Sequence record: SRR20825019_1726
Direction: 5' to 3' (one strand)
Length of the DNA stretch: 55,932 bases
Part shown: piece by piece, positions 1 to 10,474 of the stretch
Layout of the letters: every line of letters begins with the position of its first letter
Numbering within the stretch: position 1 is the stretch's first letter
Program-made: the position numbers and the translations under genes
The notes under the pieces: generated by a model
What the model saw: only the letters and a program-made list of their open reading frames with translations
What the model was told of the DNA's origin: nothing
Databases searched by the model: none

Positions 1-2535
1 GGCCTGCCGATCGAATGGAAGATCGAAGAAAAATACCGCAAGAAAAAGAAAAACAAGGACGATGTGGACCCGGTTGAGTTCCGCAAGGAATGCCGTGCCT
101 TTGCTGATGAATGGATCGACGTTCAGCGCGAAGAGTTCAAGCGCCTTGGTATCTTTGGTGACTGGGCCAACCCCTACCTGACGATGGATTTTGGCGCCGA
201 AGCAAAAATCGTTGAAGAGCTTTTGAAGTTTTCAAGCTCCGGTGCGCTGTACCGTGGTTCCAAGCCGGTGATGTGGTCACCGATTGAGAAAACCGCGCTT
301 GCGGAAGCGGAAGTGGAATATCACGACCACACCAGCGTGCAGATCGATGTAGCATTCCCGTTTGTGAAATGCCCGCATGCGGACGCTGAGGGCGCACGCG
401 TGGTGATCTGGACCACCACACCGTGGACAATCCCTGCCAACCGCGCCGTGTGTTATGGCCCCGATATCGACTATGTGGTGCTTGAGGTTGAGGGTGTGGC
501 TGAAGGCGCATCGATCACAGTGGGTGATAAGCTCCTGATCGCGGAAAGCCTTGTGGCTGAGTTTGTTGCGCGCGCGAAAATTGAAGCCTTCAAGACTGTC
601 AGCACATTCAAGGGCGCGGCGCTTGAGGGTGCTATCCTCGCGCACCCATGGCATGGCCATGCGGATGCGGAAGGCGGATATGATTTTGAGGTGCCCATGC
701 TGCCGGGTGACCACGTTACCACAGATGCGGGCACGGGTTTTGTGCACACGGCCCCAGGCCATGGTGACGATGACTATCAGGTCGCCCACGTAAAATTTGG
801 CATCGAGGTGCCTTTCACGGTGGATGAAGCCGGGTGTTATTACCCGCACGTACCGCTTGTGGCAGGCCAGCATGTGTACAAGGTGGCTGATCAGGTTTGT
901 GAACTGCTCACCGGCGCAAGCGCCCTGATGAGCCAGGGCAAGCTCACCCACTCATACCCGCACAGCTGGCGCTCCAAAGCGCCGCTTATTTTCCGCAACA
1001 CGCCACAGTGGTTTATCTCGATGGAGAAAACCGGCCTGCGCGGCAAGGCGCTTGCGGGCATTGAAGCAACCAACTGGTTCCCGGCGGTATCCAAAAATCG
1101 TATCCGTGCCATGGTCGCCGACCGGCCTGACTGGGTTATCTCGCGCCAGCGGGCCTGGGGTGTGCCGATCACCGTGTTTGTGAATAAAACCACCGGCGAA
1201 GTGCTGCAGGACGAAGCCGTGAACGCGCGCATCGTCAGCGCGGTCAAGGAAGGCGGCGCCGACGCATGGGTTGCTATCCCGGCGCAGGACTTCCTTGGCG
1301 CTGACTATAGTGCAGACGACTATGAGCAGGTGTTCGATATTCTCGATGTCTGGTTTGATAGCGGCTGTACCCACGCTTTTGTTTGTGAAGCGCGGGACGA
1401 CCTGCAATCACCAGCCGACCTCTACCTTGAAGGGTCTGACCAGCACCGGGGTTGGTTCCAGTCGAGCTTGTTAGAGAGCTGCGGCACACGCGGTGTTGCA
1501 CCCTACAAGAATGTGCTGACCCACGGCTTCACCATGGATGGTGACGGTCGCAAGATGTCCAAGTCGCTTGGCAACACAGTCGCGCCGCAAAAAATCATCC
1601 AGCAGTATGGTGCTGATATCCTCCGTCTCTGGGTGGTGTCAGTGGACTATATGGAAGATGTGCGCATCGGTGACCAGATCATCCAGGGCCAGGTTGATGC
1701 TTACCGCAAAATCCGTAACACCATGCGGTATCTCCTCGGTAACGTCGCGGGCTTCACGGAAGAAGAGCGCCTGCCAGCGGTTGAAATGCCGGAGCTGGAG
1801 CGTTTCATTCTGCACCGCTTGTCTGAGCTTGATACCCTGATCCGGGACCGGGCCGCGAACTTCGACTTCAACCCGATTTTCCAGGCGCTTTACCAGTTCT
1901 GTATCGTTGAGCTTTCCGCCTTCTATTTCGATATCAGGAAAGACAGCCTGTATTGCGACGACGCGAGCAGCAATCGCCGCCGCGCGGTGCGCACGGTGCT
2001 TGATGAAGTGTTTAACCGCCTGACCACATGGTTTGCGCCCATCCTTGCTTTCACGGCAGAGGAAGTATGGCGTTCGCGCTTTGGTGAGGATGCGCCAAGC
2101 GTGCACCGCCAGCTGTGGCCTGAAACACCGGCTGACTGGCGCAATGACGAGCTTGCGGAAAAATGGACCAAAATCCGCCGCCTTCGCCGGGTTGTTACTG
2201 GCGCGCTTGAGCTTGACCGCCGCGAAAAACGCATTGGCTCAAGCCTGCAGGCAGATGTCACCATCTATGTGGCAGATTACGCCTATGTTGAGGTTATGGC
2301 CGGGCTTGATATCGCTGAGCTGATGATCACCTCGAGCGCACGCCTTATTGAGGCTGAAGCACCTGAGGGTGCTTTCACGCTTGAGGATGTGAAGGGCATT
2401 GCGGTGGTGAGCGCCGCGGCAAGCGGTGACAAGTGTGAGCGTTGCTGGGTTGTCTCCGAAGAGGTGACAGCGCACGGTGAGCTTTGCAACCGTTGCTCGG
2501 ACACCGTGAACAAAAGCGACGAGGCAGCTGACTGA
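1..2535 (+). CDS. ileS: Isoleucyl-tRNA synthetase (5' truncated by window edge)
   Basis: Frame open from base 1 (GLPIEWK...). Motifs WTTTPWT, GTGFVH, WVISRQR, EGSDQHRGWF, KMSKS, and C-terminal CERCW...CNRC zinc finger. Confidence 0.98.
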   Translation, partial: GLPIEWKIEEKYRKKKKNKDDVDPVEFRKECRAFADEWIDVQREEFKRLGIFGDWANPYLTMDFGAEAKIVEELLKFSSSGALYRGSKPVMWSPIEKTALAEAEVEYHDHTSVQIDVAFPFVKCPHADAEGARVVIWTTTPWTIPANRAVCYGPDIDYVVLEVEGVAEGASITVGDKLLIAESLVAEFVARAKIEAFKTVSTFKGAALEGAILAHPWHGHADAEGGYDFEVPMLPGDHVTTDAGTGFVHTAPGHGDDDYQVAHVKFGIEVPFTVDEAGCYYPHVPLVAGQHVYKVADQVCELLTGASALMSQGKLTHSYPHSWRSKAPLIFRNTPQWFISMEKTGLRGKALAGIEATNWFPAVSKNRIRAMVADRPDWVISRQRAWGVPITVFVNKTTGEVLQDEAVNARIVSAVKEGGADAWVAIPAQDFLGADYSADDYEQVFDILDVWFDSGCTHAFVCEARDDLQSPADLYLEGSDQHRGWFQSSLLESCGTRGVAPYKNVLTHGFTMDGDGRKMSKSLGNTVAPQKIIQQYGADILRLWVVSVDYMEDVRIGDQIIQGQVDAYRKIRNTMRYLLGNVAGFTEEERLPAVEMPELERFILHRLSELDTLIRDRAANFDFNPIFQALYQFCIVELSAFYFDIRKDSLYCDDASSNRRRAVRTVLDEVFNRLTTWFAPILAFTAEEVWRSRFGEDAPSVHRQLWPETPADWRNDELAEKWTKIRRLRRVVTGALELDRREKRIGSSLQADVTIYVADYAYVEVMAGLDIAELMITSSARLIEAEAPEGAFTLEDVKGIAVVSAAASGDKCERCWVVSEEVTAHGELCNRCSDTVNKSDEAAD

Positions 2536-3071
2536 TGGCTCGGGGGCCTTATTTCCGCAATGGGCTTTTGCTGTCTGCCGCCATATTGGTGGCGGACCAG
2601 CTCAGCAAATGGTGGATCCTTGAGGGGCTCAAATTGCCAGAGAAGGGCAGCGTGCCGCTTCTGCCGTTCCTCAGTTTCTCCATGGTGTGGAACAAGGGCA
2701 TTTCCATGGGCATCCCGGTTGGCGAATCGCTCGGCAAATGGGGCATTATTATCCTCACCGGGGCGATCAGCCTGTGGCTTGTGAAATGGCTCTGGAAAAC
2801 GGCACGGCGAGTTGAGGCATTATCGCTTTCCCTCATCCTTGGCGGGGCCATCGGTAACCTCATTGACCGCTTTATCCACGGTGCGGTGGTGGACTTTGTG
2901 CACCTTCATGCCATGGACTATAATTTTTATGTTTTTAATGTCGCTGACAGTGCTATCACGGTCGGTGTGGCCATCTTGATCATTGATGGCTTGCGGGGGG
3001 AGGGCAAAAGCCCTAAAAATGCCCAAAAGGTCGCGGAAAGTTCGCGCGACCCTGAAGGAGAGAGTTCATGA
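2535..3071 (+). CDS. lspA: Lipoprotein signal peptidase II
   Basis: Motifs DQLSK, WNKG, GGAIGNLIDR, VVDF, FNVAD. Start overlaps the ileS stop (TGATG). Confidence 0.97.
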   Translation: MARGPYFRNGLLLSAAILVADQLSKWWILEGLKLPEKGSVPLLPFLSFSMVWNKGISMGIPVGESLGKWGIIILTGAISLWLVKWLWKTARRVEALSLSLILGGAIGNLIDRFIHGAVVDFVHLHAMDYNFYVFNVADSAITVGVAILIIDGLRGEGKSPKNAQKVAESSRDPEGESS

Positions 3072-3493
3072 ACGTCAAGCCTATCGCGCTTGTTCTTATT
3101 GCGGGCCTGTCGCTCGCCGCGTGCGGATCGAATAAAAACAGCCCTAACGAATTTGATGTCGTTAGCCGGGCCCCGCTTGTGGTACCGCCTGAGGCAGACC
3201 TTTCGCCGCCACGGCCAGGTGAGCCAAACGCGCAATCCATTGACCCAGGTCGTCAAGCTTATGAAGCACTGTTCCCTGGCAAAGAGTTGAAGCGCACTGA
3301 GCCAAAGAGCAAAAGCGAGAACGAACTGCTGTCTCGTCTTGGCCGGTCTGATCCGGATGTACGTTCAAACGTTGGCCAGAAAGAGCTGGACGTTGTGAAA
3401 AAGGCGCTTCTGATGGCTGACCTTCTGGATGCAGACGAACGCCAGTACCGCACAGACAATGTCTCCATTGAGCGGGTATCGTCTGGCAGCTAA
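3068..3493 (+). CDS. DUF3035-type lipoprotein
   Basis: Lipobox LAAC, motif PNEFDVVSRAPLVVPP...PPRPG, and usual position after lspA. Confidence 0.85.
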   Translation: MNVKPIALVLIAGLSLAACGSNKNSPNEFDVVSRAPLVVPPEADLSPPRPGEPNAQSIDPGRQAYEALFPGKELKRTEPKSKSENELLSRLGRSDPDVRSNVGQKELDVVKKALLMADLLDADERQYRTDNVSIERVSSGS

Positions 3494-3513
3494 GCGCCGA
3501 ACCTGTTGAACAC

Positions 3514-3546
3514 AAAAAAAGCCGCCTGAAATTCGGGCGGCTTTTT
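3514..3546. terminator. Bidirectional intrinsic terminator, copy 1
   Basis: A7-gccgcctgaa-a-ttcgggcggc-T5. Confidence 0.9.
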
Positions 3547-3612
3547 GTTTGGCTGTTGCGGTTCTTGCTTTAGTATAATGATACATATCTACATTGGGGC
3601 AGGGGGGTAAGG

Positions 3613-4422
3613 ATGGCAGCAGAGATAGTTAAATGCCTACCCGAGCTAATTCAGAGGGTCCAAGAGCATACGAAGACTTGGAAAAGAGATGGCTTTATTA
3701 AGCCATGGTTTCGTGGCGTGTCATCTGCTGAGAAGCATAAATTACTCCCGTCGATCTATCGGTACGAGCGAGGACTAAATCGAGAATTTGATCTCACAAA
3801 GAAGTTTAGATTGATGGCGCCTGGATTCGGAAAAACACCGGAAACCGGGCGAATTGATCAATGGCTTTTCCTCATGCAACATCATGGTGTTCCAACTAGG
3901 CTTCTGGACTGGACAGAGAGTCCCTTGGTTGCAGCTTTTTTTGCGACAAATACGGGGCGTCGGCTGGCAGGGCCAGAAGAAGATGCTGCAATATTTGTGA
4001 TTGATCCACACGCTCTCAACAGTATGGCGGGAATGAATAGTGAAGACGCGGCTAACTTTCCAAATACTTGGGTTCAAAGCAGAACTCTACAGACCATTAA
4101 GCTAGCTTTTGGAACGGAAACGGATCAGGCGCACAAGGGCATATACCCGTTTGAGAACCCCGTAGCTATATATCCGTCAACTATCCATTCCAGAATGCCC
4201 TCTCAAAAGAGTTGCTTCACGCTACACGGCAAAAATCCGAATGATATAGGAACAATACTGAACTATGACAGTGAAGTGCTGCTGAAGTTTGTTATTCCAA
4301 AGGACTATATTGCAAGCTTAGCGAGGGAACTGCAAGAGATGGGTGTGACAAACTCGATGTTGTTCCCTGATTTCGATGGATTGGCGAGAGAACTGAAAGT
4401 GGGTTTCGGGATGTTGGAATAG
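3613..4422 (+). CDS. FRG-domain protein
   Basis: Motifs WFRG, LLPSIYR, MQHHGVPTRLLDWT, R...Q.S.F and LFPDFDG. Visibly AT-richer than neighbours. TATAAT at 3574-3579. Confidence 0.9.
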   Translation: MAAEIVKCLPELIQRVQEHTKTWKRDGFIKPWFRGVSSAEKHKLLPSIYRYERGLNREFDLTKKFRLMAPGFGKTPETGRIDQWLFLMQHHGVPTRLLDWTESPLVAAFFATNTGRRLAGPEEDAAIFVIDPHALNSMAGMNSEDAANFPNTWVQSRTLQTIKLAFGTETDQAHKGIYPFENPVAIYPSTIHSRMPSQKSCFTLHGKNPNDIGTILNYDSEVLLKFVIPKDYIASLARELQEMGVTNSMLFPDFDGLARELKVGFGMLE

Positions 4423-4437
4423 ATCCGGTGTTTATCT

Positions 4438-4469
4438 AAAAAGCCGCCCGAAGTTCGGGCGGCTTTTTT
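4438..4469. terminator. Bidirectional intrinsic terminator, copy 2
   Basis: A5-gccgcccgaa-g-ttcgggcggc-T6, between convergent genes. Confidence 0.9.
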
Positions 4470-4483
4470 ATAGCTGATCAGCC

Positions 4484-5017
4484 TTAAGGCAGACGCTTCT
4501 CATACTCGGCCTCAAGCGGCATATAGGTGGTCCAGAAGGGGGGCGGGGTTTTGCCTTCAAGCACACTGAACATGATGCTGATATGGGCGTGCCAGCCGCC
4601 GGCAACACCAACCATGGTGGTACGGTTCGGCAGCTTGCGGTGGGTCACTGTAAGCTGGGTCATGTCGCCTTTGGCTTCCAGCTCAAATGTAACTTCCGAA
4701 TCCGGTGCTTCACCTTCTGCCCAGCTGTAGGCCAATAGGCGCGGTGGGTCGATAGCGGTGATGTGCCCGAGCATCCTGCTTTCGCCGCAGTATTTCTCGT
4801 ATTTTTCCGGCACGGTTTCAGGCGTGGGCGACAGCGTGGCATGATCAAAGATATTTTCTACTTCTCCGCCAACGCGCAGGTCCATCTTGCCACGCGCGAG
4901 CCAGGTGCCGCGTTTGTCGCTTTCGGTTAGAAATGCCCACACGCGCTCAACCGACGCAGGCAATAGCCGCTCAAGTGTTACCTCGCCGGGGCCGATATAT
5001 TGAGCGAAATCATCCAT
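4484..5017 (-). CDS. SRPBCC (AHSA1-like) family protein
   Basis: ERLLPASVERVWAFLT, DLRVGG, IDPPRLLAYSW, GGWH. Start moved to ATG 5017 because of the GAGGAG SD. Confidence 0.9.
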   Translation of the reverse strand: MDDFAQYIGPGEVTLERLLPASVERVWAFLTESDKRGTWLARGKMDLRVGGEVENIFDHATLSPTPETVPEKYEKYCGESRMLGHITAIDPPRLLAYSWAEGEAPDSEVTFELEAKGDMTQLTVTHRKLPNRTTMVGVAGGWHAHISIMFSVLEGKTPPPFWTTYMPLEAEYEKRLP

Positions 5018-5058
5018 TGAACTCTCCTCTCGTGTCGTGATTCTGACGTGGGTTTTGC

Positions 5059-5490
5059 TTACAAGAACGTGGCCAGGCGTTGGAGCATCTTGGTCCAACC
5101 CTCTTGTGTGCGCTCGGTATATTCTTCGTATTCTGCTGCCATGGTGTGCGTCAGCGTCAGTATGCACCCTTCAGCCGTTGGGGATATCTCTACCATGACG
5201 ATGTCAGGTTTGGGGTTGAAGGCGGGCAGGCAGAAACTGAATACAATGCGCGTTGGGCGGGTGATCTCCAGATATTCCCCTACATGCTCAACTTCCTGCC
5301 CATCGCGGTTGTCGGTGAAGCGAAAGCCGCCACCCACGCGTGGGTCCAGCTCCGCCACGACCATGTCGCCTCCGTCGGTTGCGAAAAACCACTTCCGGGC
5401 CAGCTTGATATCCAGCCAGGCGTCGAACACTCGTTCAGCCGGCAGCTTGAAGGCATGGGTGACGATTACCGTCAGCGTTTTTTGTGTCAT
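5059..5490 (-). CDS. SRPBCC (AHSA1-like) family protein
   Basis: ERVFDAW, DPRVGG, GEYLEI.RP.RIVF, EGW. Confidence 0.9.
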   Translation of the reverse strand: MTQKTLTVIVTHAFKLPAERVFDAWLDIKLARKWFFATDGGDMVVAELDPRVGGGFRFTDNRDGQEVEHVGEYLEITRPTRIVFSFCLPAFNPKPDIVMVEISPTAEGCILTLTHTMAAEYEEYTERTQEGWTKMLQRLATFL

Positions 5491-5837
5491 TGGCTGTTCT
5501 CCGTGCCTTCAACATTTGCCATAAGCGCTTCTTCCAGCGCGTCGAGGCGACCGGTCCAGAACCGGGTGTAATAGTCCATCCAGGCATGGGCTTCAGCCAT
5601 GGCTTTGGCATTCAGATGGCAGTAATGCGTTCGGCCTTTCACCTCGCGCCGCACAAGGCCCGCTGTTTCCAGCTTTTTGATGTGCTTTGAGGCGGCGGCG
5701 AGCGACATGGCGTAAGGCTCTGCCAGCTCGCTCACGGTTTTTTCGCCGAGGGAAAGCTTGGCCAACATGCCGCGGCGCGTGGGGTCCGCAAGCGCTGAGA
5801 AGGTGGCGTCAAGCCGATCTGATATATATTTAACCAT
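5487..5837 (-). CDS. ArsR/SmtB family transcriptional regulator
   Basis: FSALADPTRR...SKHIKKLETAGLV...GR. Start placed at ATG 5837. Confidence 0.92.
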   Translation of the reverse strand: MVKYISDRLDATFSALADPTRRGMLAKLSLGEKTVSELAEPYAMSLAAASKHIKKLETAGLVRREVKGRTHYCHLNAKAMAEAHAWMDYYTRFWTGRLDALEEALMANVEGTENSQ

Positions 5838-5882
5838 GTGGTTTAATATAAGGACGAGAATCAAATAGTCAACCATTTGGTT
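5832..5882. promoter_or_regulatory. Two palindromic operators AACCA-N2-TGGTT, probable ArsR autoregulation
   Basis: aaccatgtggtt at 5832-5843 overlaps the ArsR start; aaccatttggtt at 5871-5882. Confidence 0.7.
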
Positions 5883-5958
5883 AAATAAAAATGAGAAACT
5901 TGTGATCGCATGCCGCGCCATCTTTCTCAGGGGCAAAAAGCCTGCTAGGTTCGCGCCT

Positions 5959-7854
5959 ATGACAAGCCAAAACAGACACGACCTACCCACCACTGCGGGA
6001 ATCATTCGCCTGTTGTCTGAGCGTACCATCAACCGTATCGCCGCAGGCGAGGTGGTGGAACGCCCTGCCAGCGCTGTGAAGGAAATCGTTGAAAATTCGG
6101 TCGATGCCGGTGCCACCCGCATTGACGTGGTGATGCGGGACGGTGGCCGTGCGCTCATTCAGGTAACAGATGACGGGCGCGGCATGGACGCGGATGAAAT
6201 CTCGCTCGCGGTTGAGCGGCACGCTACATCCAAGCTCACAGATGAAGACCTTGTGAACATCGCGTCCCTTGGTTTCCGTGGCGAAGCGCTGGCGTCTATC
6301 GGTGCTGTGGCGCGGCTGAGCGTTACCTCGCGCCCTCGTGGCTCTGATGACGCCTGGGCGGTGCGGGTTGAAGGCGGCAAAAAATCTGCCGTTGAACCTG
6401 CGGCCTTTGGCGAGGGTACGCGCGTTGAGGTGCGCGACCTGTTTTATGCCACACCGGCACGGCTCAAGTTCATGAAAACAGCGCGCACGGAATATGGCCA
6501 GGCGGCGGACGTGATGAAACGCCTTGCCATGGCGCATCCGGATATTGCCTTCACCCTATCCGACGGCGACCGCACCACCTTCCGGGCGCCATCTGTGGCG
6601 AGCCTGACGGGGGACGCGCGGCTTGAGCGGCTGGGTGCCATATTGGGGCGTGAGTTCCGCGAAAATGCGATTGAGATAGATGCGGAGCGTGAGGGCTTGA
6701 AGCTCACCGGTTTTGCCGGGCTGCCCACCTATTCACGCGGCAATGCCATGCAGCAGTTCCTGTTCGTGAACGGCAGGCCGGTGAAGGATAAACTTCTGAC
6801 CGGCGCGGTGCGCGGTGCGTATCAGGACTATCTGGCGCGGGACAGGCACCCGGTGTTGGCGCTGTTTCTTGACGTGCCGCCCGAGTTTGTGGATGTGAAC
6901 GTGCACCCCGCCAAAGCTGAGGTGCGTTTCAAGGATGCGGGCCTTGTGCGTGGGCTTATTGTCTCTGCGCTCCGTCACGGGCTTGGCATGGCCGGGCACC
7001 GGGCCTCCACCACGGTGGCGAGCGCTGCCCTGGGTGCCGCACGGCCGGAAGGCAGCGCAAGCCTGCCGTGGGGTCGCCCGCATGAGCGGCCAAACCTGCC
7101 GCAAGGGTTCTCTGATGTGGTGCGGGATATGTATGCCCCGCATGAAGGCAGTGGTTTTCGTGTGCAGGAAGATGCGCAGATGGCGTTTGAGCGGCGGGGC
7201 GATATGGCCATGCCGTCCGCCCGCGCACCCGAAGCACCGCTTGCCTCATTGCCGCAACAGCCCGCACCCAGCGAATATCCGCTCGGCACCGCGCGGGGCC
7301 AAGTGCACGCCACCTATATCGTGAGCCAGACAGCAGACGGTATCGTGATCGTGGACCAGCACGCCGCGCACGAACGGCTGGTGTATGAGCGCATGAAAAA
7401 ACAGATCGCCGCCACCGGTGTGGCGCGGCAAAGCCTGTTGCTGCCCGAAGTGGTGGAGCTTGAAGATGGCCCCGCTGAGCGCCTTATCGCCCGCACGGAA
7501 GAACTTGCGGGCCTTGGCCTGATCATTGAGCCCTTTGGTGAAGGGGCGGTGATGGTGCGCGAAGTACCCGCCATGCTGGGCAAAATGGATGTGCAGGGCC
7601 TGGTGCGTGATCTGGCGGATGAGCTCACTGAGCTTGATGAGGCCCTCAGCCTCAAGGAACGGCTTGAGGAAGTGTGCGGCACCATGGCCTGCCATGGCAG
7701 CGTGCGCGCGGGCAGGCGACTAACGGTGGATGAGATGAACGCACTACTCAGGGAAATGGAAGCAACGCCCCACTCAGGCCAGTGCAACCATGGCCGCCCC
7801 ACCTATGTTGAGCTTAAGCTTTCAGATATCGAGAAGCTGTTCGGGCGGCGCTAG
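5959..7854 (+). CDS. mutL: DNA mismatch repair protein MutL
   Basis: [33 protein letters not shown] endonuclease motif, ACH, CNHGRP. Confidence 0.98.
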   Translation: MTSQNRHDLPTTAGIIRLLSERTINRIAAGEVVERPASAVKEIVENSVDAGATRIDVVMRDGGRALIQVTDDGRGMDADEISLAVERHATSKLTDEDLVNIASLGFRGEALASIGAVARLSVTSRPRGSDDAWAVRVEGGKKSAVEPAAFGEGTRVEVRDLFYATPARLKFMKTARTEYGQAADVMKRLAMAHPDIAFTLSDGDRTTFRAPSVASLTGDARLERLGAILGREFRENAIEIDAEREGLKLTGFAGLPTYSRGNAMQQFLFVNGRPVKDKLLTGAVRGAYQDYLARDRHPVLALFLDVPPEFVDVNVHPAKAEVRFKDAGLVRGLIVSALRHGLGMAGHRASTTVASAALGAARPEGSASLPWGRPHERPNLPQGFSDVVRDMYAPHEGSGFRVQEDAQMAFERRGDMAMPSARAPEAPLASLPQQPAPSEYPLGTARGQVHATYIVSQTADGIVIVDQHAAHERLVYERMKKQIAATGVARQSLLLPEVVELEDGPAERLIARTEELAGLGLIIEPFGEGAVMVREVPAMLGKMDVQGLVRDLADELTELDEALSLKERLEEVCGTMACHGSVRAGRRLTVDEMNALLREMEATPHSGQCNHGRPTYVELKLSDIEKLFGRR

Positions 7855-8369
7855 GCGGCGTCTTCTTGCACTGTGGCTGGCTCAACTGGCTGCAGCGGGT
7901 AGGTAACCCCGGTGGAGCGGTGAACCGCCTTGGCGACCGCCACCAGAATGAGGCTACCCAGAAGCACGGGCGTGAACAGAAAGTCGATGCCGGGTGCGGC
8001 CAGCATGATCACAATCGGGTCCGCGCCTGCGGGCGGGTGCGTGATGCGCAGCAACCCCATCACGGTGATGGTAAGCCCAACACCAATGGCCAGCGCCCAC
8101 CATGTGGGCGGCAGGAATGAGACGAGAACAAGCGAGATAATCGTCGCCACCATATGCCCGCCGATCACATTGATCGGTTGCGACAAAGGGCTTGAGGGCA
8201 CGGAAAACAACAAAACGCAGGTGGCACCAAAAGGTGCCATCAAAAGCGGTGTATCGCTCAGGACCGACAGGCCACCCACAGCCATCAGCGCAAGCAAGCT
8301 GCCAATGCCGGAGAGCAGAGCATCCCGCTTTCGGGCGCGGGGCTGATGGCGGGCAATATAATTTTTCAT
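7851..8369 (-). CDS. HPP family membrane protein
   Basis: APFGAT.VL.F, SPLSQP.N..GGH, HPPAGA. Confidence 0.92.
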   Translation of the reverse strand: MKNYIARHQPRARKRDALLSGIGSLLALMAVGGLSVLSDTPLLMAPFGATCVLLFSVPSSPLSQPINVIGGHMVATIISLVLVSFLPPTWWALAIGVGLTITVMGLLRITHPPAGADPIVIMLAAPGIDFLFTPVLLGSLILVAVAKAVHRSTGVTYPLQPVEPATVQEDAA

Positions 8370-8450
8370 ATATCCTCACTGAATATCGAATGTACGAAAT
8401 ATCAGAATGGGTATATGGATACAAATTAGATGATTTTTCCAATCAAGTAA

Positions 8451-9602
8451 TTATGGCTTCTCTGGCATATCGCTGATGCCCTGCTTTGTGGTGAGGTAGG
8501 TGGCGAAGCTGGCGAGCCAATGGCTGCCTGCATAGTGTGCGTCGCTTACCGCTTCGATTCCGGCTTTCTTGTGCACATCTGCTGCGGCGAGCAGGCTGGG
8601 GATGCGCGGGTCGCCGTCACTGAGCGCGGAGGCGATGCCCTCAAGCGCCCAGGCGCGGCTCAGGTTCACCCCGTCCAGATGCACAAGCTTGCCGTCGGTT
8701 GCGTCTTTCACAATGGCGGGGGTGAGCCAGCTTGCGCTGCCATCATCCGGGATGCCGGGCAGGAAGGCGGTGAGCCATGCGCTGAATTCTTCCACGTCCA
8801 TCACGCGGCGCATCAGGTCAGCCTCCATCAGGCAGGGGGAGAGGAAATCCTCGCCTGACGGCTCATAGCCGATGGGGCAGTTCGTATCGTCAGCAAAGAA
8901 GGTGCGCGTGCGCTCGGTGAGCAGTGCTTCAAACTCGGCGTTCCCGACCGTGCGGGCATAATCGAGCATAAGGCCAAAAGCAAAAGCGCTCTGGTTATGC
9001 GTGCCAAGCCGCACGGGGTAGGCCAGATTGGGCAGCCATGCGCTCATTTTTTTCACAATTTCAGCCTCAAGCGGGGCCAGTATCTCCCGCCAGCTTTTGT
9101 GCACGGCGTTCGGACTTTCGTGCAGTTCCGCTACCAGTTGCAGATACCAGGCGATGCCGTACGGCCGCTCAAACCCGTTGCGACCTTTTGCCGTGTAATA
9201 AGCAACTTCGCGGTTGAGGTTCTCAATACTGAAGCTTTGCTCAAGCGCCTGTTCGGTAATGGCTGTGAACGGCGATGCAGGATCAAGTTTCGAGAGCCGC
9301 ACCAGGAGCCAATGCCCATGGACGGACGAATGCCAGTCAAAACAGCCGTAAAACGCGGGGGTGAGCGCCTTGGGTGGCTTGGCGTCCTTGTCCGAGTTCA
9401 TCACATGGCTGATTTTATTGGGATATTCACGGTGAATGCACGAAAGCGCCATACGGGCGAACCGGTCGGTGACCACACCGTCGCGGGCATCAGGCAGGCT
9501 GATGGCCTCAGTCCCGTGGCCGTCGGTTGCCGGTTTTTCTTCGCAGGCGGCTGTCGCCAGACATGCGGCGGCAGCGATACCTAAAATGGCGGTGCGTTTC
9601 AT
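8451..9602 (-). CDS. DUF2891-family lipoprotein
   Basis: Lipobox TAAC. REYPNK, PAFYGCFDWHSSVHGHW, FERPYG, HLDGVNLSRAW, HWLASFA. Confidence 0.85.
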   Translation of the reverse strand: MKRTAILGIAAAACLATAACEEKPATDGHGTEAISLPDARDGVVTDRFARMALSCIHREYPNKISHVMNSDKDAKPPKALTPAFYGCFDWHSSVHGHWLLVRLSKLDPASPFTAITEQALEQSFSIENLNREVAYYTAKGRNGFERPYGIAWYLQLVAELHESPNAVHKSWREILAPLEAEIVKKMSAWLPNLAYPVRLGTHNQSAFAFGLMLDYARTVGNAEFEALLTERTRTFFADDTNCPIGYEPSGEDFLSPCLMEADLMRRVMDVEEFSAWLTAFLPGIPDDGSASWLTPAIVKDATDGKLVHLDGVNLSRAWALEGIASALSDGDPRIPSLLAAADVHKKAGIEAVSDAHYAGSHWLASFATYLTTKQGISDMPEKP

Positions 9603-9690
9603 GGTCCCTTATCCCCCTTCAATTCCTTGAGGCTATTTCAGGGGATAACGCGAGCGGGTGCAAGGCCTTTTCGCGCCTTGATGATGCTGG

Positions 9691-10365
9691 TCAGACGTTC
9701 CAGCCGGATGGGTCCATCCTGTTGTGGCGGGTGATCACTGGTTTGGCGCCGTCCGTATCGGGTTTAAGGAGGTAATAGTCATCCTCATAAATGGACCAGC
9801 GGCACAGGTCGATTGGCGTGACCTCCGAGGCGTTGACGGAGCCGGTGACGCCTGCGCGTTCAAGCCCGGCTGCAACCAGTTCCGAGCAGAAGAAACGCGA
9901 AAAATCTTCCTTGTTGTAGAAGGGCCCGTTCATGCCGAAGGCGCCTTGGTCGAACATGTCTGCCGCTGACTTCAGCGCTTGCGGCAGGTCATAGCCGGTG
10001 CGGGCTTCTGCGTGGCCAAACAGGAAATTATAGAAACTTTTGTGCGCTTCTGCGTTTGCGCGCAGGTCGGTTTTTATCGGCAGCCACCACATGGCGCCGT
10101 GGTATTCATCCAACCGTTCAGAGAAGCGCGAGATATTGACGCCGGAGAAACCGCGTACGGTTCCGGCCTCAATGATCTGGTTGAAGAAGCGCCCGTTCGC
10201 GTGATCAGCGATCTGGGTTTGCAGAATTACGCCCACATGGCTGACCTCAGAGAAGGTCACCATCTTGATGATTTCGGAAAAATCGCTTTTGCCGGAAAAG
10301 GCAACCACATCCCCCGGTTTCATCCTCGGGCGTGCGTCGGTGTAGGACAGTTCGTGCATTGCCAT
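9691..10365 (-). CDS. Permuted papain-like NlpC/P60 (YiiX/YebB-like) enzyme
   Basis: N-terminal PGDVV..SHVG (His) and C-terminal FFCSELV (Cys), then VTP.DL. Confidence 0.75.
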   Translation of the reverse strand: MAMHELSYTDARPRMKPGDVVAFSGKSDFSEIIKMVTFSEVSHVGVILQTQIADHANGRFFNQIIEAGTVRGFSGVNISRFSERLDEYHGAMWWLPIKTDLRANAEAHKSFYNFLFGHAEARTGYDLPQALKSAADMFDQGAFGMNGPFYNKEDFSRFFCSELVAAGLERAGVTGSVNASEVTPIDLCRWSIYEDDYYLLKPDTDGAKPVITRHNRMDPSGWNV

Positions 10366-10474
10366 GGTCTAGCCCCCCATTAATGCATGCGACACGAAGT
10401 ATATCAGGTGGTGCGGAGTTTAGCGAAAGTTGCATTGCCTGTACAGGCTGGCCCTGTCCTGTGTTGTTACCTGC

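Noticed and set aside
5487-6158. Long N-terminal extensions of ArsR (also SRPBCC 5167, RluB 23366, DUF934 42305)
   Set aside because: They overlap neighbouring genes or promoters; downstream starts match the family N-termini.
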